In this document: positions 47,594 to 61,814 of the stretch, piece by piece
Layout of the letters: the number at the start of each line of letters is the position of its first letter
How positions within the stretch are numbered: position 1 is the stretch's first letter
DNA from: Macrostomum lignano
Taxonomy: Eukaryota
Length of the DNA: 64,000 nt
Assembly: GCA_002269645.1 (NCBI GenBank)
Contig: NIVC01000694.1
Location: 248,001 to 312,000, forward strand
Reading direction: 5' to 3'
Notes under the pieces: generated by a model
The model's input: the letters and a program-made list of their open reading frames with translations, nothing else
Databases searched by the model: none
Told to the model about the DNA's origin: nothing
Position numbers and translations under genes: made by a program

Positions 47594-48733
47594 ATATATA
47601 TTACTTCACTTGCCAGCCACACAGTGACTAGAAAAGGGGAGAATTTAGAGAGTGCATCTCTAGGCCATAGCCCTTAAAAAGTCATATCCCCCAGCTTGGT
47701 CTAGGGTGCCAGAATTAGTCAAAAGCCTATTAGGATATCTTGCCATTTGCCTTTGGCCCTTGGCCTTGCAGCTTGAGTTGTAGCAAGCCTCCAATTGGAT
47801 GACGTGGCCAGCCAGTCCAAGTCGCTATCTATGTAGCAGGTCAGGAGGCCATACCAGGTGTGCCCTTGTGTAGAGTATGGCATTGGTCTCACTGTCTAGA
47901 CTTTTGTGCACTCTGAATACCACATAGCATGGCACATATGCAGCATCCAGCTCAATAGATTGCTCTCTAGTAGAATAATTTTTCAATACAATGATAACCA
48001 AAAATGCATAGATATTTCAACCACAGTGCATTTTGCTATCTTTTATTAAGGAATATTGGCTTTTCTTCAATACTTAATAGCATTTGTATGCTTAGCTATT
48101 CTAGGACCTAATATATCTAGTTTTTTTTCACAAGCTACAATGTTATACATTATGCTGCACTATTCCTTTCTTTCTTTTGCCACCAAAGGGGTTCATCTAA
48201 ACAGTATGGCAATTAGCCAATTGTAAAAAAGTAATACTTTCAATAGTGATATCATTTAAGTTGATCTTATAGTTTAGATAATACTTTAATTATGTGAGCA
48301 TGCCTAATTATATATTTTCCACACAAAAGCCACCTTTTTAACTATAGTCTAATTGTATAATAATTTTACATTAATTCTAGACAAGTCTTGTAGCAATCAA
48401 TTTCTATCCTTCATATTTGTAACACCCTAATTATTTGAATAAGTCATTTTAGTCAATAAAAATATGTCTATTAAGCATAGTATTATCAAGATAAAATTTG
48501 TTTAATAATTATTTTTTTAATGTTTAAAAATGATGAAACAAAAATGTATTGCAAATTTGTATGTGTATAAATTTTTATATATATTTCTTTGATGCTCAAA
48601 ACATTTATAGTGCCGTCTGTAGTAGTGCAGGCTAGTAGTGCTTTGGGTAACTATCGACTACAGAAGCTGAAAATCTCCTTTCAGATTTCTACTTGATCAA
48701 TATTCTGCCTTAAAGTTGCCTAATGTAGAAGCA

Positions 48734-51700
48734 ATGGCCTCTATAGCGGCATTTCTGGGACAGGTAGCGTCCCTAGATGGCCTGCGATTCGAGGAAAGAA
48801 TTCACTTCTATGAGCAGATCTCTACTCGACTACGAAGCAAGAATCTGCTGGAGGAATTGGCCGCAAGTTCGCTCGAAAAACGCGCCCAGTTTTGGGCCCA
48901 ATCATTGCAGCGCGTTGTGCATGTAGCCCACGAAGACTTTAATCATCTAAAGAAGGTCAGCGACCAAAAGGGACCCCAGCATTCTATTGTTGTTAGAAAG
49001 AAAAAAGCAATTCTCGATGCCATTAAAAGACTATTTGCAGCTTGTAGAACTACTGGTTGTGCTAAGAACACAGAGATTGTGTCGTTCTTTGTCACCATTC
49101 TGTCAGATTCCAGTCTGCGAGCAATGGTTGGAGAGGATTATGCTTCGTTTATTGAAGTTAGCATCTTTAGCTGCAAAGAATTTGTTTTCAGCTTATCCGA
49201 TGCGTTGCTGGAGAGCATTCACAATAGTCTAACTGACAAATTGAAAACCAAGTTTTGTTCCCAGTATCTGTCACTGTTCTCGCAGCTTGTCCTGGTGACT
49301 TCCGAACGGAGCTGTCTTTTCGCAGATGTATCAGTTCTTGCCAACTGGCTTGCTGCCACTTTTCAGCGCAAGGACGAGAGACTTTTTCAAAGAATAGTAA
49401 ATTCTGTTGATTGTCTTGTTAAGCACGAGTACTTAACGGTCTTCTTTTCTAAGACTTGTGCCTTTGCAGAAAGCCTGTTTCAGTGCTATGAACAGTTCTT
49501 CTCTTCATTTAAGACAGCAACTCATGAGGTTGTATTGTCTTTTTTTTGCCAATTCTTCAGCACTCTAGTGGCCAGAAAAGACCTGCAGGACAGCTGCAAA
49601 GAACTTGTGCAAGAGTTGCTCTTACTGCGACAGCCCTTGATACTGCTTCTAATTCGCCTACGTGAAGAAAAATTCATCCCAAGCGTCCGATTCCATCGAG
49701 CTGATAAGACTACCGACTGTCCAGTATTTTATCGACTCCTTGCTGTGTTATCAAGCTCTGATCTGGCGGCTATCTCGCAAAATCCTGCTCTTGACTCAGC
49801 GCTCCATTGCCGAAACAAACGGCAGAGATGTGCTTCTGCAATTGAAGAAGCATGCGACAGCATTGAGTCTGTTAGCGCTGATGACGTCGCAGTGATTCTT
49901 GACATTAAGTTAATTCGTGCTCTTTTTGAGTCGAAAAATGTGCCAAACACAAGCCTCAAACGTCTGCAGTCTACTCTCATTCATGTCCAGAAATATCACA
50001 AAGACGATGTGATTCTATCGTTTCTGATTAGGCTTGTGACCGACTGCTTCGAAAAATGGAATGTTCAATTTGATGAAGATTTCATGGAATCCTTCTGGAA
50101 GTTTTCCTTTAATATGATGACTCGGAAAAATTTCCGTCAGCTGTCATTTCATTTGTGTCAAGCTTTATCAGCTTCTTACTCCGGTGACTCAAACATTTCT
50201 GTCCTGAACTGGCTTTTGTGTGCTTTCGAGCTGAGCCTATCGGTAAAGCCAGTTTCCATTCAACTGAAAGAATTCTGTCACATTGCTGATGTGAGCATTG
50301 CTATTGTCAGTCGGGAGGCACCGTGTTGCAGCGACCGATATAGAAAGTGCTATTGTTTATCAGACCCGACATTAATCGAGATCTCGAAAATAGTCGAGTC
50401 TACTATTAAAGACTTCAAACCATCAAGCTTTAATGAATTTGTTGATATTACTATATCTTCTGCATTCCTTCAGTGCTGCAACTTAATTGAAAATCCGGCT
50501 ATTGTTGCCCAACACTTTCGTCCTTGCTTCGGACTTGCGAGACTCTGAGAGATAAATGCGATCTTTTTTATTTCGCAGATCAAGTAGGAGACTTTGTTAA
50601 GGTTTTCCGACCTTTAATCATAAGCGTGTTAGCGAAGCCTATTAAAGCATTTCTTCTTAACGTGAAGAAGTTGTTTTTCGATCTTTTGACTACAAATAAT
50701 TCCAGCGAACGTGACTTGTCTGTTCTAAACCTCGAAGACGAAACGGAGTTTTCGCCAACATGTGATGACACGCTATCAGCCAATGACTACACTTCAAACT
50801 GCCGCGAAGTTACAATCAACAGGCAAGAGAGACTCCGTCAATCCCTTCTAAAAGCGTATCTTCGCTTAACTTCTGAATTAGACTACGACAACTGCGATGA
50901 AGTTACAGACTCATTAAAGCTACTCGCGCAAGGCAGCTCCTCAAGTTTTTCAGCTCGCAACTCCGATCTGCACGCTTTTGCTATATTCCTAGTGAAGGAA
51001 TTCATTCAGTTTTCTTCCACTGTTGATTCGACGCAGCATTACATAAAGCTAGCATTTGATGTTTTCCGTCGTGGTTTCCGAGAGTTTCGGAAGAATCAAC
51101 CAGTTATTGTGCAGTTTTGTGATATTTTTGCTGAATTCATTGAAAAGCTGGGAAACTTTTGTCACGACAGTGTAGAGAATTATTTTAACTATTGTCAGGA
51201 GCTTCTTGTCGTTATCATGCTTTGTCAAGAAGGAATCGCGTGCAGCACCTGTCTACTGAAATCATGGTTAGAATGCACGATTCGTGTGTGTAAACTTAGA
51301 CCTAGTTTACTTTCAAGACAAAAGCAAGGTACGACGATTTTTCGCTATATTCTTGAACAACTCGGACATTTTTGTGATGCGGTTGCAGCAAAAGCTGCAA
51401 ATAACGTTCGTTTTATTGACTGGAAAGACGCAGATCATGTTTCCGCTGTTTTGAACGCCATTAAAAATCTGTTTTCTATTGAAGTCACTATTGAAGATAC
51501 CCAGTTTCTAAACGATTTGAAGCGATCAAGGGTTTCAATAGTTAAGCGCGCAATGACAATCATACTTCAAAGTTCAAATGCGTCACAGCGGGGCCACAAT
51601 TTACTCTCTCTAATTCAAATGCACCAGGAAGGGTTGCTTGATTTAGAGTCCGCAAGAGACGTCATGAAGTCATCCGCTGCTAGTATTCGCGACTATGCCC

Positions 51701-54700
51701 CTAAATTTTACTTGTCCTTGTGTCTGGCTGAGTGGCTGACAAGAAACAAGCTTTCGCAGTTTCCCACTGCTCTTTTTGACTACACATCAGCTCTGCAATT
51801 CGTTTCTGAATGCACGGAGGAATGCGTCAGTGCTTCTGTTCAGTCATTATCGAGCGTACAGCAAGTAGCGGATATTTTGTCACTGCCGGCTAAAAAACTG
51901 CTGTCAATTTGTCAACTATCAGTTTTTGCTCCTAAATTGGCCGAGTGCTTTCTAAACAAGAGTGCGGATTCACTCGATCGGCTAAAGACACTAATTGACT
52001 TCAAAAACTATGGAGTGGAACTTGTTTGCCGGGATCTTGGAAGGTTTTTGATAACTGGTTGTTGCTTTCTGCCAAGCGAACTGGCCCTATCACTTAGTTC
52101 TGTTGAAGATTTCATTATGTTCTGTTGCTCATTTTTATCCAACACTCGAGCAAAAAATCCACTTGAACCATTTGCTAGCGCCGAATTGGTGAGCGGGCTA
52201 GTCCTTAACGTTTGTTGTGCAGCAGTTGAGTTCTGGAGCACACATGATGCACAGTACAAACTAATTAGCCTTCTAAGTGGCTGCAATCTTGTCAACTACC
52301 TAGTAAAGCTGTCAGCTAGCTTTCCGAATCATTTTTCATTATTTGACAATTTGCAAGTTCTTAATACTCTTCTGATAGCAGCTGTGAAAATTAAAGAAGT
52401 TTCGAGCTCATCAACTCACGCCGCCGCGTCTTGCTGTTTCGAGTTGGTTCTCTCAACAGTCGTTGTTGTCCTGGAGAGCTCATTATTTTTAAAGCGCCTG
52501 AACTGCAGTTTGATCATTGCTAACTTCTTCGCAAACCTGCGTAAAAACGTCAGTAACGCGTCTCACTTGAAGTGCATTACTAAAATTCTGGATATTTTGC
52601 TGCATGCCTCCGAGGACAACTGCTGTCAAGCAATAATTTCAGAGCTTGACGTGCCTAAGTTCACTGCAGAGGATTCACTCTGTCACTCTGTTTTTTCCGC
52701 GCTTGTTACTGGAGCAAGTGTTGTTAATGTCACAAATGCTGTGTTTAACTCATATTCGTCCTTCTGCATTAATTCTTCGTTAAAATCATCTTGCTGGAGT
52801 GACTTTATTGTCTCTTTAGAGGAAAGCCTAGACAAGACTGAGACAATAGAAGACCAGGAAAAAATTGTGCGAGTCGCTAAGGCGTTCAATGAGATTGCAA
52901 CAGAGGGTGTCATCAAGAGTTACAGAGAATTTGATCTCTCTGCGCCAAATTCGTACACAACTTTATCAGGCAAACTAGTTGGTCGAGGTTGCTTAGAACA
53001 CAAGAATTGCTTATACTCAGAGCGCTTGTTTATCATTAAGGTCCTCATCAGCAGTACATTTAGTAATTCTATCGAAGAAAAAGAGGCAGCAGCTTTTTGT
53101 CTGAAGAAATTACTGCAGCTGGATTCAGTCAAATCCACAGTTAAACACGCAGCGGACAGCGAATTTCGAGAAATCTGTCATTCAATCGCATCTTTGGGCC
53201 CAATTTGCCAAGAAAACCGAGTTCGTCGCTCTAGTGAATGGATTTCTCAGATCGGTACCTTTCAAGATGTAATCGCCGCGCTAAAAAATCAGCAATCACG
53301 TTATTCCACATGGATTAAGGACTTTATTAAAGCAATTTACAGAACACATACTTTGTCGGATCGCTTCACTTTGGAGCTGCAATATTTGGTTGGATGTTCG
53401 ACCAGTTTTTGTGCGTCTGTGTTTTACTGCGTTTTAACGGAATTCCTATCTCAAGCATCGTCGAATGATGTCGAGCTCTTTACACAAGTTCTGTCAGACC
53501 TTTTATCGAGTTGTCAGTGTGAAAAGAGGCTGAGACAAATAACTTCATTTCTATTGCAGCTCCATTCTGCTAGAATGCTCATTCAGACTAACAGAGTTTC
53601 ATCTGCATTGCCAACAATAGAGATTCCATTTCTGGAAGCCAGTGCCGCCGCCTTAAAGCTCTGTGATGCGTATTTAGCTCATCTTTTCCTAGAATGCCAC
53701 TTCTCCACAGTGTTGACAATTCTACCTGAGGCGGAGCCGGTTTTGCTTACGCTGGTCAGCCACTTAGCCAATGAGGACGCAGTGATGGGCTGTCAGCGCT
53801 TACTAAGCGACTACAAGAAGCCCCTGATGTTAAAACAAGAACTTCTTGGGCATAATTTCTTCGAGTCATCAGAGGAGCGCAAGGATTTTCTTTTTTGTTG
53901 CCTGCAAGATTTTTCGGTATGGCAGGACCCGGAATCGCAGACTCGTGTTTCTAACCAAAACCTGCCTTGTGCTCTCTCTACTGAAGGAGACTTTTGGAGT
54001 CATTTGAGTCTTGCGAATCAGCATATTCTCGCCGGACAGACAGATTCTGCTGCAAAAATTTTGGAATTTCTGGACAAAAATTTAAGTGACTTCTCCCAAG
54101 TGCATGTTGACAGCAATCGACTTTTGTTTGAATTTGTTGAAAAGCGCTCTGGTCTGTGCTGCCTTCGACGCTTATTGACTGTTGCCGATAGCAATAGCGA
54201 GCTTCAGTCTTTATTGTCTGCATTTTTATCTTATGCTGAAGAACGGTCAGACAACTTTCAGTTCTGCAAGCACTACAAGACTCTAGCTGTTCATTGGAAC
54301 TTGAATAAAACAATCATTCAGCTGTCGCAGCCGGATTTTAACGGAATGCAACGATTCTTACGTCACTGTTTTGCCTTTAAAGACATTTTTGTGTCACTAA
54401 AGTGCACAGGCAGAGCCCAGGCCCTTATATCGTCACTCTCTGAAGGCCTAGCTCAGGCTCAGTATAATTTGCCAGAATTTTTATTTCATCTTGTTAAATT
54501 CGAAGAGTCAAGTCTCTACTGGGAGACTCAAGAGAAAGATGTTGCACTGTTGTTGGGCAAGCGTTGCTTGAAGTCGCTTGAGTCTCTAGCTGCTAATGAT
54601 CGAATCGGCATCGATGCGTACCTGAACGTTGTTCGACGTTATTCACAGTGGCTAAATGAAAGCAAATGTGAAAACGCCGATTCAATACTGGAAGATTATC

Positions 54701-56751
54701 TGCTCGTTGCCGAAAATAAGGCTTGCAGTACAAATGTATCCAACTCTAGGCTTCATTACGCAATCGCCGAGTTTTCTGATGCCCAATACACAAGTTTGCA
54801 AAACTACACTAAATCACCGGAATTTCAAGCCTGGTGCTCTGTTACGAAGCAATCGAAAGAGAATGCTTGCGAGTTGCTCAGGGCTGGAGAGAAATCAAGA
54901 TTTACGAATAGCCTGAACAAACAATCAAGAATTGACAACGATCGCATCACAGACATTCAGCAGCGCAAAGCTAGCTATCTTGTCTATACTGTCACAAACT
55001 TATCGAAATGTCTTATCAGTGGTGATGCATTCGACAAGTCCGTCTACCGATTTGTAGAACTATGGTTAAATAACACTGATGACCAAAAAGTATCCGAAGT
55101 CGTCTCCAACGCTCTAAAAAAAGTCAGATTAGACAAATTCATTCCACTCTTTCCACAGCTGTCTGCACGTCTTTTGGAGGGCCAAGAGGCAATTAAATCT
55201 TTTCAAACTACATTAGGTAACTTTTTGGGCCGAGTTAGCAGTTTGCATCCGCATCACACCCTCTATAATCTGTTTGCGCTCGCTAACGCCAATTTGGATA
55301 GTAAATTTGTACAGAGAATGCAGACAACAAGGACCTCGCTAGCATCCGGTAACCCTGTTTTCGATCGAGGAAAGGCAGCTGAGAAGGTTATTAATCAAGT
55401 CCTCCGTTCAAGTGAGTCTTCGAATAGGCTTGTGAAGTTCATAAGTCGATTTTGTATTGCTTATGTCGAGTTGGCCAACTTTCAACTACCAAAGGACGAA
55501 AGGTCTAAAAGTGGAACATTAACCTCATTGAGTACCAAGAGCAACCTCACTGCTTTTCAAAACGTCTCTGCTGTACACATTCCAACTGTAAAATTGAATG
55601 TTGATGCTCAAGGGAAGTACAATAACATTGTTTATGCTGTTAAATTTCTTGACAAGTATGCCACCGCTGGAGGAATTAATCTTCCCAAGATCATCAGCAT
55701 CCAGTGTTCAGATGGAATCATCCGACGCCAGCTCATTAAAGGCAACGACGACATGCGGCAAGATGCGGTTATGCAGCAGGTCTTTAATGCCGTTAACTGT
55801 CTCCTCTGTGACAGCCCGGCTGCCTCGCAACGCCAACTGTCTTTATCTACATACCACGTAATTCCGATGAGCCAACGCAGCGGCATTGTTGAATGGTGCG
55901 AAGGTACGATGCCTATTAGCGAATACCTTGCTCAAGGCTCAAAATCAGCCCACGTTCGATACCGGCCAACTGATATAGCTCCGAGTGCGGCTCGCACAAT
56001 GATGGAATCTAGTTTTAAACTTAGTGTTAAAGAGCGCATAGCGACGTACAAAGATATCTGCAGTAAACTCCAACCGGTTTTCCGCCATTTCTTTTTCGAA
56101 CGATTCGTCGAGCCTCGCGAATTTTACCTAAGACGGCTGACCTACACTCGCAGTGTGGCGGCTTGGAGCATGATTGGATACGTTCTTGGTCTCGGAGATC
56201 GGCATTTAAGCAACATTTTAGTTCACAACGAGACTGCCAGTCTATTCCATATCGATCTTGGTGTTGCTTTCGACCAAGGGAGACTTTTGCCGACACCGGA
56301 GACGATTCCGTTTCGCTTGACCCGCGACATCGTCGATGGTCTGGGCATCTTGGGCGTCGAAGGTGACTTCCGCCGTGCTTGTGAAATTACTCTGGAGCTG
56401 CTGCGCTCATCTACCAATGTGATTCTTACGATCTGCTCCATTCTTCTGCATGACCCGCTCTATCATTGGACCCTGAGTCCAGAGCGGGCCAACGCTTTGC
56501 AGCTGAACATATCTAAGCCTCGAGCGCGCTTTGAGCCCCTGGCCCCAGCGGGAGACGACAGCAAAGAGGCCAGCGTTCCACAGCGCTCGCTGATGGCCGA
56601 GCGCGTGATGCTACGGCTGCGCGAGAAGCTCACGGGCCGTGAGGACAACTTTTCTCTGAATGTTGATGGCCAGGTGAGCTACCTGATTAAGCAGGCCACG
56701 GATCCTAGAAATCTGGCACTGGTGTTTCACGGCTGGCAGCCCTATTTGTAA
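48734..56751 (+). CDS. ATM: Serine/threonine-protein kinase ATM (PIKK: HEAT repeats, FAT, kinase, FATC); essentially single exon with one frame break at ~50520-50550
   Basis: Kinase GGINLPKII.....SDG..RRQL.KG.DD.RQDAVMQQVF, YHV.P.SQRSG..EWC, GY.LGLGDRH.SNIL, HIDLGVAFDQG..LPTPET.PFRLTRDIVDG, LLHDPLY.W and FATC L.V.GQV..LI.QA.DP.NL...F.GW are ATM-specific. The upstream 610-aa ORF overlaps the 2075-aa ORF in another frame and has the same composition. Confidence 0.93.
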
Positions 56752-57271
56752 TCTTACCGCTGGATTCAGCCGCGTGACTGTCTCGTTTCTAACTGCGTTT
56801 CAATTTCCTTTTTAATGCATTTGCGAGTTGTCCCGGTTCTCTTTAACCCGTACTGCCTTGGAGGACACGTGAAGCAGAAATATTTTTATGAAAAATCTAG
56901 TTTAGCGAAGCCAGCTGTAATTTGTATTAATACGAATTAACGAATGTGAAGTTTAGATTGAGAACTGCTGTGCTCACTTTGCTTCACCGTGCTTCTTCAG
57001 TGGCAGTATGGAAATATTTCCTCCAGTATATTCTTTTCATTCTTTTCTTTTCAATGTATGCGTTTCTGCTATTTTCAGTTAGATATTTTTGTATGCAATG
57101 TACTTTTATCCATATTCGTATGCTTGTTTCATTTTTCCTGGTGCTCTTGCTCCGCATTTGCTTTATTTGCAATCCTGCATACTTTACTCTTTAAGAAAAG
57201 TAAGAAAATTACATTTGACAGTCAAGGAGCAGATTAACATTAGTCCTGAAGGCATCATTTTTCAAGGTTGA

Positions 57272-57478
57272 ATCCAGCACACAGGTGGTTCACTCCAGCA
57301 CACAGGTTCACTCCAGCACACAGGTGGTTCACTCCAGCACACAGGTTCACTCCAGCACACAGGTTCACTCCAGCACACAGGTTCACTCCAGCACACAGGT
57401 TCACTCCAGCACACAGGTGGTTCACTCCAGCACACAGGTGGTTCACTCCAGCACACAGGTTCACTCCAGCACACAGAT
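57272..57478. repeat. 18/21-bp minisatellite (CACTCCAGCACACAGGTT[GGT])
   Basis: Tandem units read directly. Confidence 0.93.
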
Positions 57479-58339
57479 TTACTTAAACCTAACTATGTAT
57501 AATTAGTTGGTTTTATTTTATTCAGAAAACGATGCGAATAACGAATTTAATAACCAATTAATTTTTTACTAAGCATTCAACACCAAGCAGTTACAAAATT
57601 GCTGGTTTTTTCGGTATAGTCTGCAAAAAACGGAAGTTAGTTACTCTTTTTTAATGGACTAAACTGCGTCTAAAAATAAAATTTTAAATCCCGCACCACT
57701 TTTCTACCGTTGTTTTCTGTTTACAAAGAACGGTAAATTCAAATGTACATTGGGTCATAGAGGCTTGGATTTTTTGTTTATTATCTGAATATTAATGAAG
57801 GCAGAACTTATTTGTTCTTATTTAAGTAGACATTTAGATAGCAACTCGTAAACATTGGGCTAAGAGAATTGGCTGCTTCTGTACATTAGCTCATACTGTT
57901 AGCCTCCAAGAAAGATTGGACTCTTGTCTCCGTGTGGCTGGTCATGCATACACTGTACAACTGCAGAGTGCAAATTACGAGTATTGCGTGCTTGCTGTAT
58001 GCACTCAGAAACCACTGGTCAACAAGTAGAAGCTTTAATCCAACTCTTGCCATAAGTCTCCGCTCTCTTCTCACCTGCCTAAGCTAGCCAGCCAGCCTTA
58101 CCTGCAGTTAAGAATAGGACCGCAGGCGTTGGTGTACATTGCGTCACTTGGGGCTGAGACCCGAGAACCATTGGTTTCGGGGTGGAAACCTTAACATGTT
58201 GCTGAGTGTATCAATACAGTGACATACAATAAGTTTGATTATATAGGAGTCACGGCCCGAAGGGGCGCCGATGTTTAGTGTCGTGGTGGGCGCCACTGTC
58301 TCTTGGTTGGCGCCCCTATCACTTGATTGGCACACCTAT

Positions 58340-58792
58340 CTCCATGTGAGCGCCCCCCTAACCCTGTCTCCTAGGTGGGCGCCCCCTAACCCTGTCTCCT
58401 AGATTGATGGCCATATTTCGTAGGTTGGCGCCACCGTCTCCTAGCGGGGCGCTCCTAACCCTGTCTCTTGGGTGGGCGCCCCAAACCCTGTCTCTTGGGT
58501 GGGCGCCCCAAACCCTGTCTCCTGGGTGGGCACCCCAAACCCTGTCTCCTGGGTGGGCGCCCCAAACCGTGTCTCCTGGGTGGGCGCCCCAAACCCTGTC
58601 TCTTGGGTGGGCGCCCCAAACCGTGTCTCCTGGGTGGGCGCCCCAAACCCTGTCTCTTGGGTGGGCGCCCCAAACTGTGTCTCCTGGGTGGGCGCCCCAA
58701 ACCCTGTCTCTTGGGTGGGCGCCCCAAACCCTGTCTCTTGGGTGGGCGCCCCAAACCCTGTCTCTTGGGTGGGCGCCCCAAACCCTGTCTCC
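58340..58792. repeat. 27-bp minisatellite (GGGTGGGCGCCCCAAACCCTGTCTC[T/C]T)
   Basis: About 13 clean units plus degenerate 5' copies. Confidence 0.93.
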
Positions 58793-59266
58793 TAGGCCGG
58801 TCTACGCCACGTCCAAGCGGAGGTGAAAGCTGAGCTCCTTTCACTCGTCGAGTTTGGTTATATCTTGGATTTATTTTTGGAGGAGCTCGGTTTTGAAGCT
58901 TAATTTTGTGGGATCGATTGGGGGGGGTTACGGCCGGCCTTGGCGGCTTTCCCTCGGCATGCGGCACAGTGTATTCAATTATAGAGAAGATATAGTAGAG
59001 TATATATTTCATACTGCAGCTTTACAAACATAAGTCCAGCAATAGTCTAAAGTCCGGCCATGCTTGGGGTATATATTAACAAAATTATAAGCTGCTAGAG
59101 AAGTCACCTGCGTTAGTAAGGGTTTCGGCTTGGGGGAAAGTCTAGCGCTAATAGACAGACTGATATGTACATTTACAAGTCCATGTTCGTGTCTACTTTG
59201 GAAATCGTGAGCCACTTGCATGTAAAGAGTCACCGCGAATTCTCCACGAAAGTCTCGCGTCCTGGA

Positions 59267-59479
59267 CAGGGGCGTAACCAGGATTTTTTGGGGGATGGGC
59301 GTCAGCATCAAAGGACGCCATCGTGGGGCGCCAGCAATATTGTTGGGGAACTGCTAAACAGGCCCGGGCGCCTAACCTGTGAAGACGGCGCCAACTCAGT
59401 GGGCAAGGGAGGCACCATAATTTTTGCCAGCCTATTGAGGGCACGGCTCCCTTTGCCCCCTCCCCTGGCTACGGCCCTG
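59267..59479. mobile_element. 213-bp hAT-type MITE with an 8-bp TSD (GTCCTGGA)
   Basis: TIRs CAGGGGCGTAACCAGG ... CCTGGCTACGGCCCTG; GTCCTGGA at 59259-59266 and 59480-59487. Confidence 0.85.
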
Positions 59480-59894
59480 GTCCTGGATCGGAATTATAAA
59501 TGTAAGTTAATTTACGACCTCGTACATTTAATCTAGCTAGCGAACAGCGATGATGATCTTGCCAAAGTTGTCAAATCCCCAGGCCTCTATTGGGCTATGC
59601 AGTGCGAAGAGGGATTATCGAATGACATGATGTAGGCACTTCCTTTGGCCTCCCCAAAAATTTTCCCTCTTCCCTGTGTCTCCGTGATAACTCATTGGGA
59701 TGACTCTATGACCCCTTATCTCCCCAAGCTTTTTCCCGCCTGTTATGTAATCCCCCATCATAAATCATTTTCTCCGCTACGCCTTACCCCAATTTTTCGT
59801 AAAATCACAGCGCGGATGGTGGGTGACGTCATCAGGGGTTGCTGGGTAACGGAGGTCAAGAACAGGTCACGGCCTTCAATATCACGCAGTACTG

Positions 59895-61476
59895 AGTACC
59901 CTCAGACAATCTGAGGCTGCCGCCGGAGATGCCGTTGCCGGCAGAGGAGAGCTTCAGCCTAGCACCAGTCAGCATAGCCGATGTTGTGAGGCTCGCCCAA
60001 CAATCACCGGGCGGGAAAGCGCTGGGTCCGGACGAGGTACCCATCGAGGCGCTGCGCATCCACTGTGTGGCCAGTGAGGTCGCCAGAGTGATGAATCGCG
60101 TGCTCTCTGGTGAGGAGGCATCCAACGAATGGACCACGGCGCACATCGTCGCAGTTCCTAAGAAGCCGGGCACCACGAGGCTTGAGGAGCATCGAGGCAT
60201 CTGCCTTCAGCCCTGCGCGAAGCTGTTCAATCGGATGCTGTTATCGCGGTTGCAGCCCGTGCTGGATCCGTACCTGCGTCCTGAGCAGAACGGCTTCCGG
60301 CCCCATCGCGGCACAGTGACGCAGATCCTGGCTCTTCGGCGAGTCATCGAGGAAGCACGGATACGCCAGTCGATCCTGATTGTTATCTTCATAGATTTCA
60401 TAAAGGCATTCGACTCGGTCGTCAGGTCTGTACTCCCAAAGGTGCTCCGTGCATACAACGTGCCAGAGCAGCTGATTTCCGCCATCATGGCGATGTACCC
60501 TGATACGAAAGCTGCTGTTTCAAATCCCGACGGCCTATCGGACTTCTTTGAGACATCCTCCGGGGTGCTTCAGGGAGATACGCTTGCGCCGTTCTTGTTT
60601 GTTCTCGTGCTTGACTGGGTGTTGCGGACCGCTCTTCCTACCAGCGACGACGGCTTTCTGTTGCGGCGACACGTGGGTCGATGTCAACCGGAGAGGCGGC
60701 TCAGCGTGCTTTGCTACGTCGACGACCTCGCCCTGCTGTTCCTCAACTGTCGAGGGCGCCCAGCGACAACTGGACAAGCCAGTTGCTGTTGCGGCGAGTG
60801 TCGGCCTGGTGGTCAACACGCTCTGCGTGCCGGACGACATCGAGGCAGCGATTTTGTGCCGAGGCGCTGATGGACAGGCGACAGAGCTTCCGCGTTGTCA
60901 GCAGTTCGTCTACCTCGACGGTCTGGTTCCCATCTTCCGCGATGATTTGCGGCGTCGCCACGGGCTTGCCTGGGCTGCCTTTTGTTCTGTGAGCCGTGAG
61001 GGCAGTCCTGCAGTCCGAGGCCAGAGGGCGGCGTTGTTCCAGGCGGTGATCGAGACCGTCCTGCTGTACAACGCCGAGACATCGACGCTGACGGAGTCGC
61101 TCCAGCAGCAAGTTGACGCGGCGCACGCTGGCCTGCTGCGCGCCGCCTTCAAGATCGGCTACGAGCGAGTGACCAACGCGGCTTTGTATCGCCGCGCCGG
61201 CCTAATCCGTCCAGCGACCTGTTACGCCGTCGGCGACTCCAGCTGGCAGGCCACATCATCCGCGCCGAGTCGTACTGCCCAGAGCCTGTGCAGGGGGTGC
61301 TTTTGCTAACGCTGCAGGCACCCTACCGGCGGGGGCAGGCGCGCACTCGGCGTTTCGTCGACTGCCTGCTGGCTGACGCCGGCGCCCCGGATTCGGCTGA
61401 CGGCGTGGCGTTCATTCGCGACCTGGCCTTGAAGCGCGCCCTGTGACGCTAACTGCGTATTCTGTTGTTGTTGTTG
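59895..61476 (+). mobile_element. 5'-truncated, frameshifted RTE-clade non-LTR retrotransposon (RT and 3' region, (TTG)n tail)
   Basis: RT motifs ALGPD.VP, W..A.IV.VPKK, QNGFRP.R, FIDF.KAFDSV, GVLQGDTLAPFLF and YVDDL; in a second frame LLYNAET.TLT; stop at 61444-61446 followed by a TTG microsatellite tail. Confidence 0.9.
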
Positions 61477-61814
61477 AGTACCCAAATCGATGATCCCCCC
61501 TAGGACCAAGCTAAATTCCCCTAACCATTTCGATTAATCCTAGATACTCAGAATCTTCCCAATAGACATCTGCTAACTGTCCTCCCCTTCCCCATCTTTT
61601 GCGACCTCCCTCTAACGCCCACCCCAATTCGAGATTTCTGGTCATCACGTTGAGTCGCCCGGATCATTGTGACTGCAGCCGCCACCGTCTAATAAGGTAG
61701 TTTCCTCCTTTGCACTGTCTTTGGGTATTGCCACCCCCACCCCCTATTTTTCAACATCTTCTAATATTCATTCTCAATCTATCCCACCTTAATAATTAAC
61801 TGAATTATTAGTGT

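Noticed and set aside
50520-50578. 59-nt intron as the explanation for the ATM frame break
   Set aside because: Phase-compatible with a good acceptor, but the donor GTCCTT is very weak and a one-base indel gives a plausible peptide; not called as a feature.
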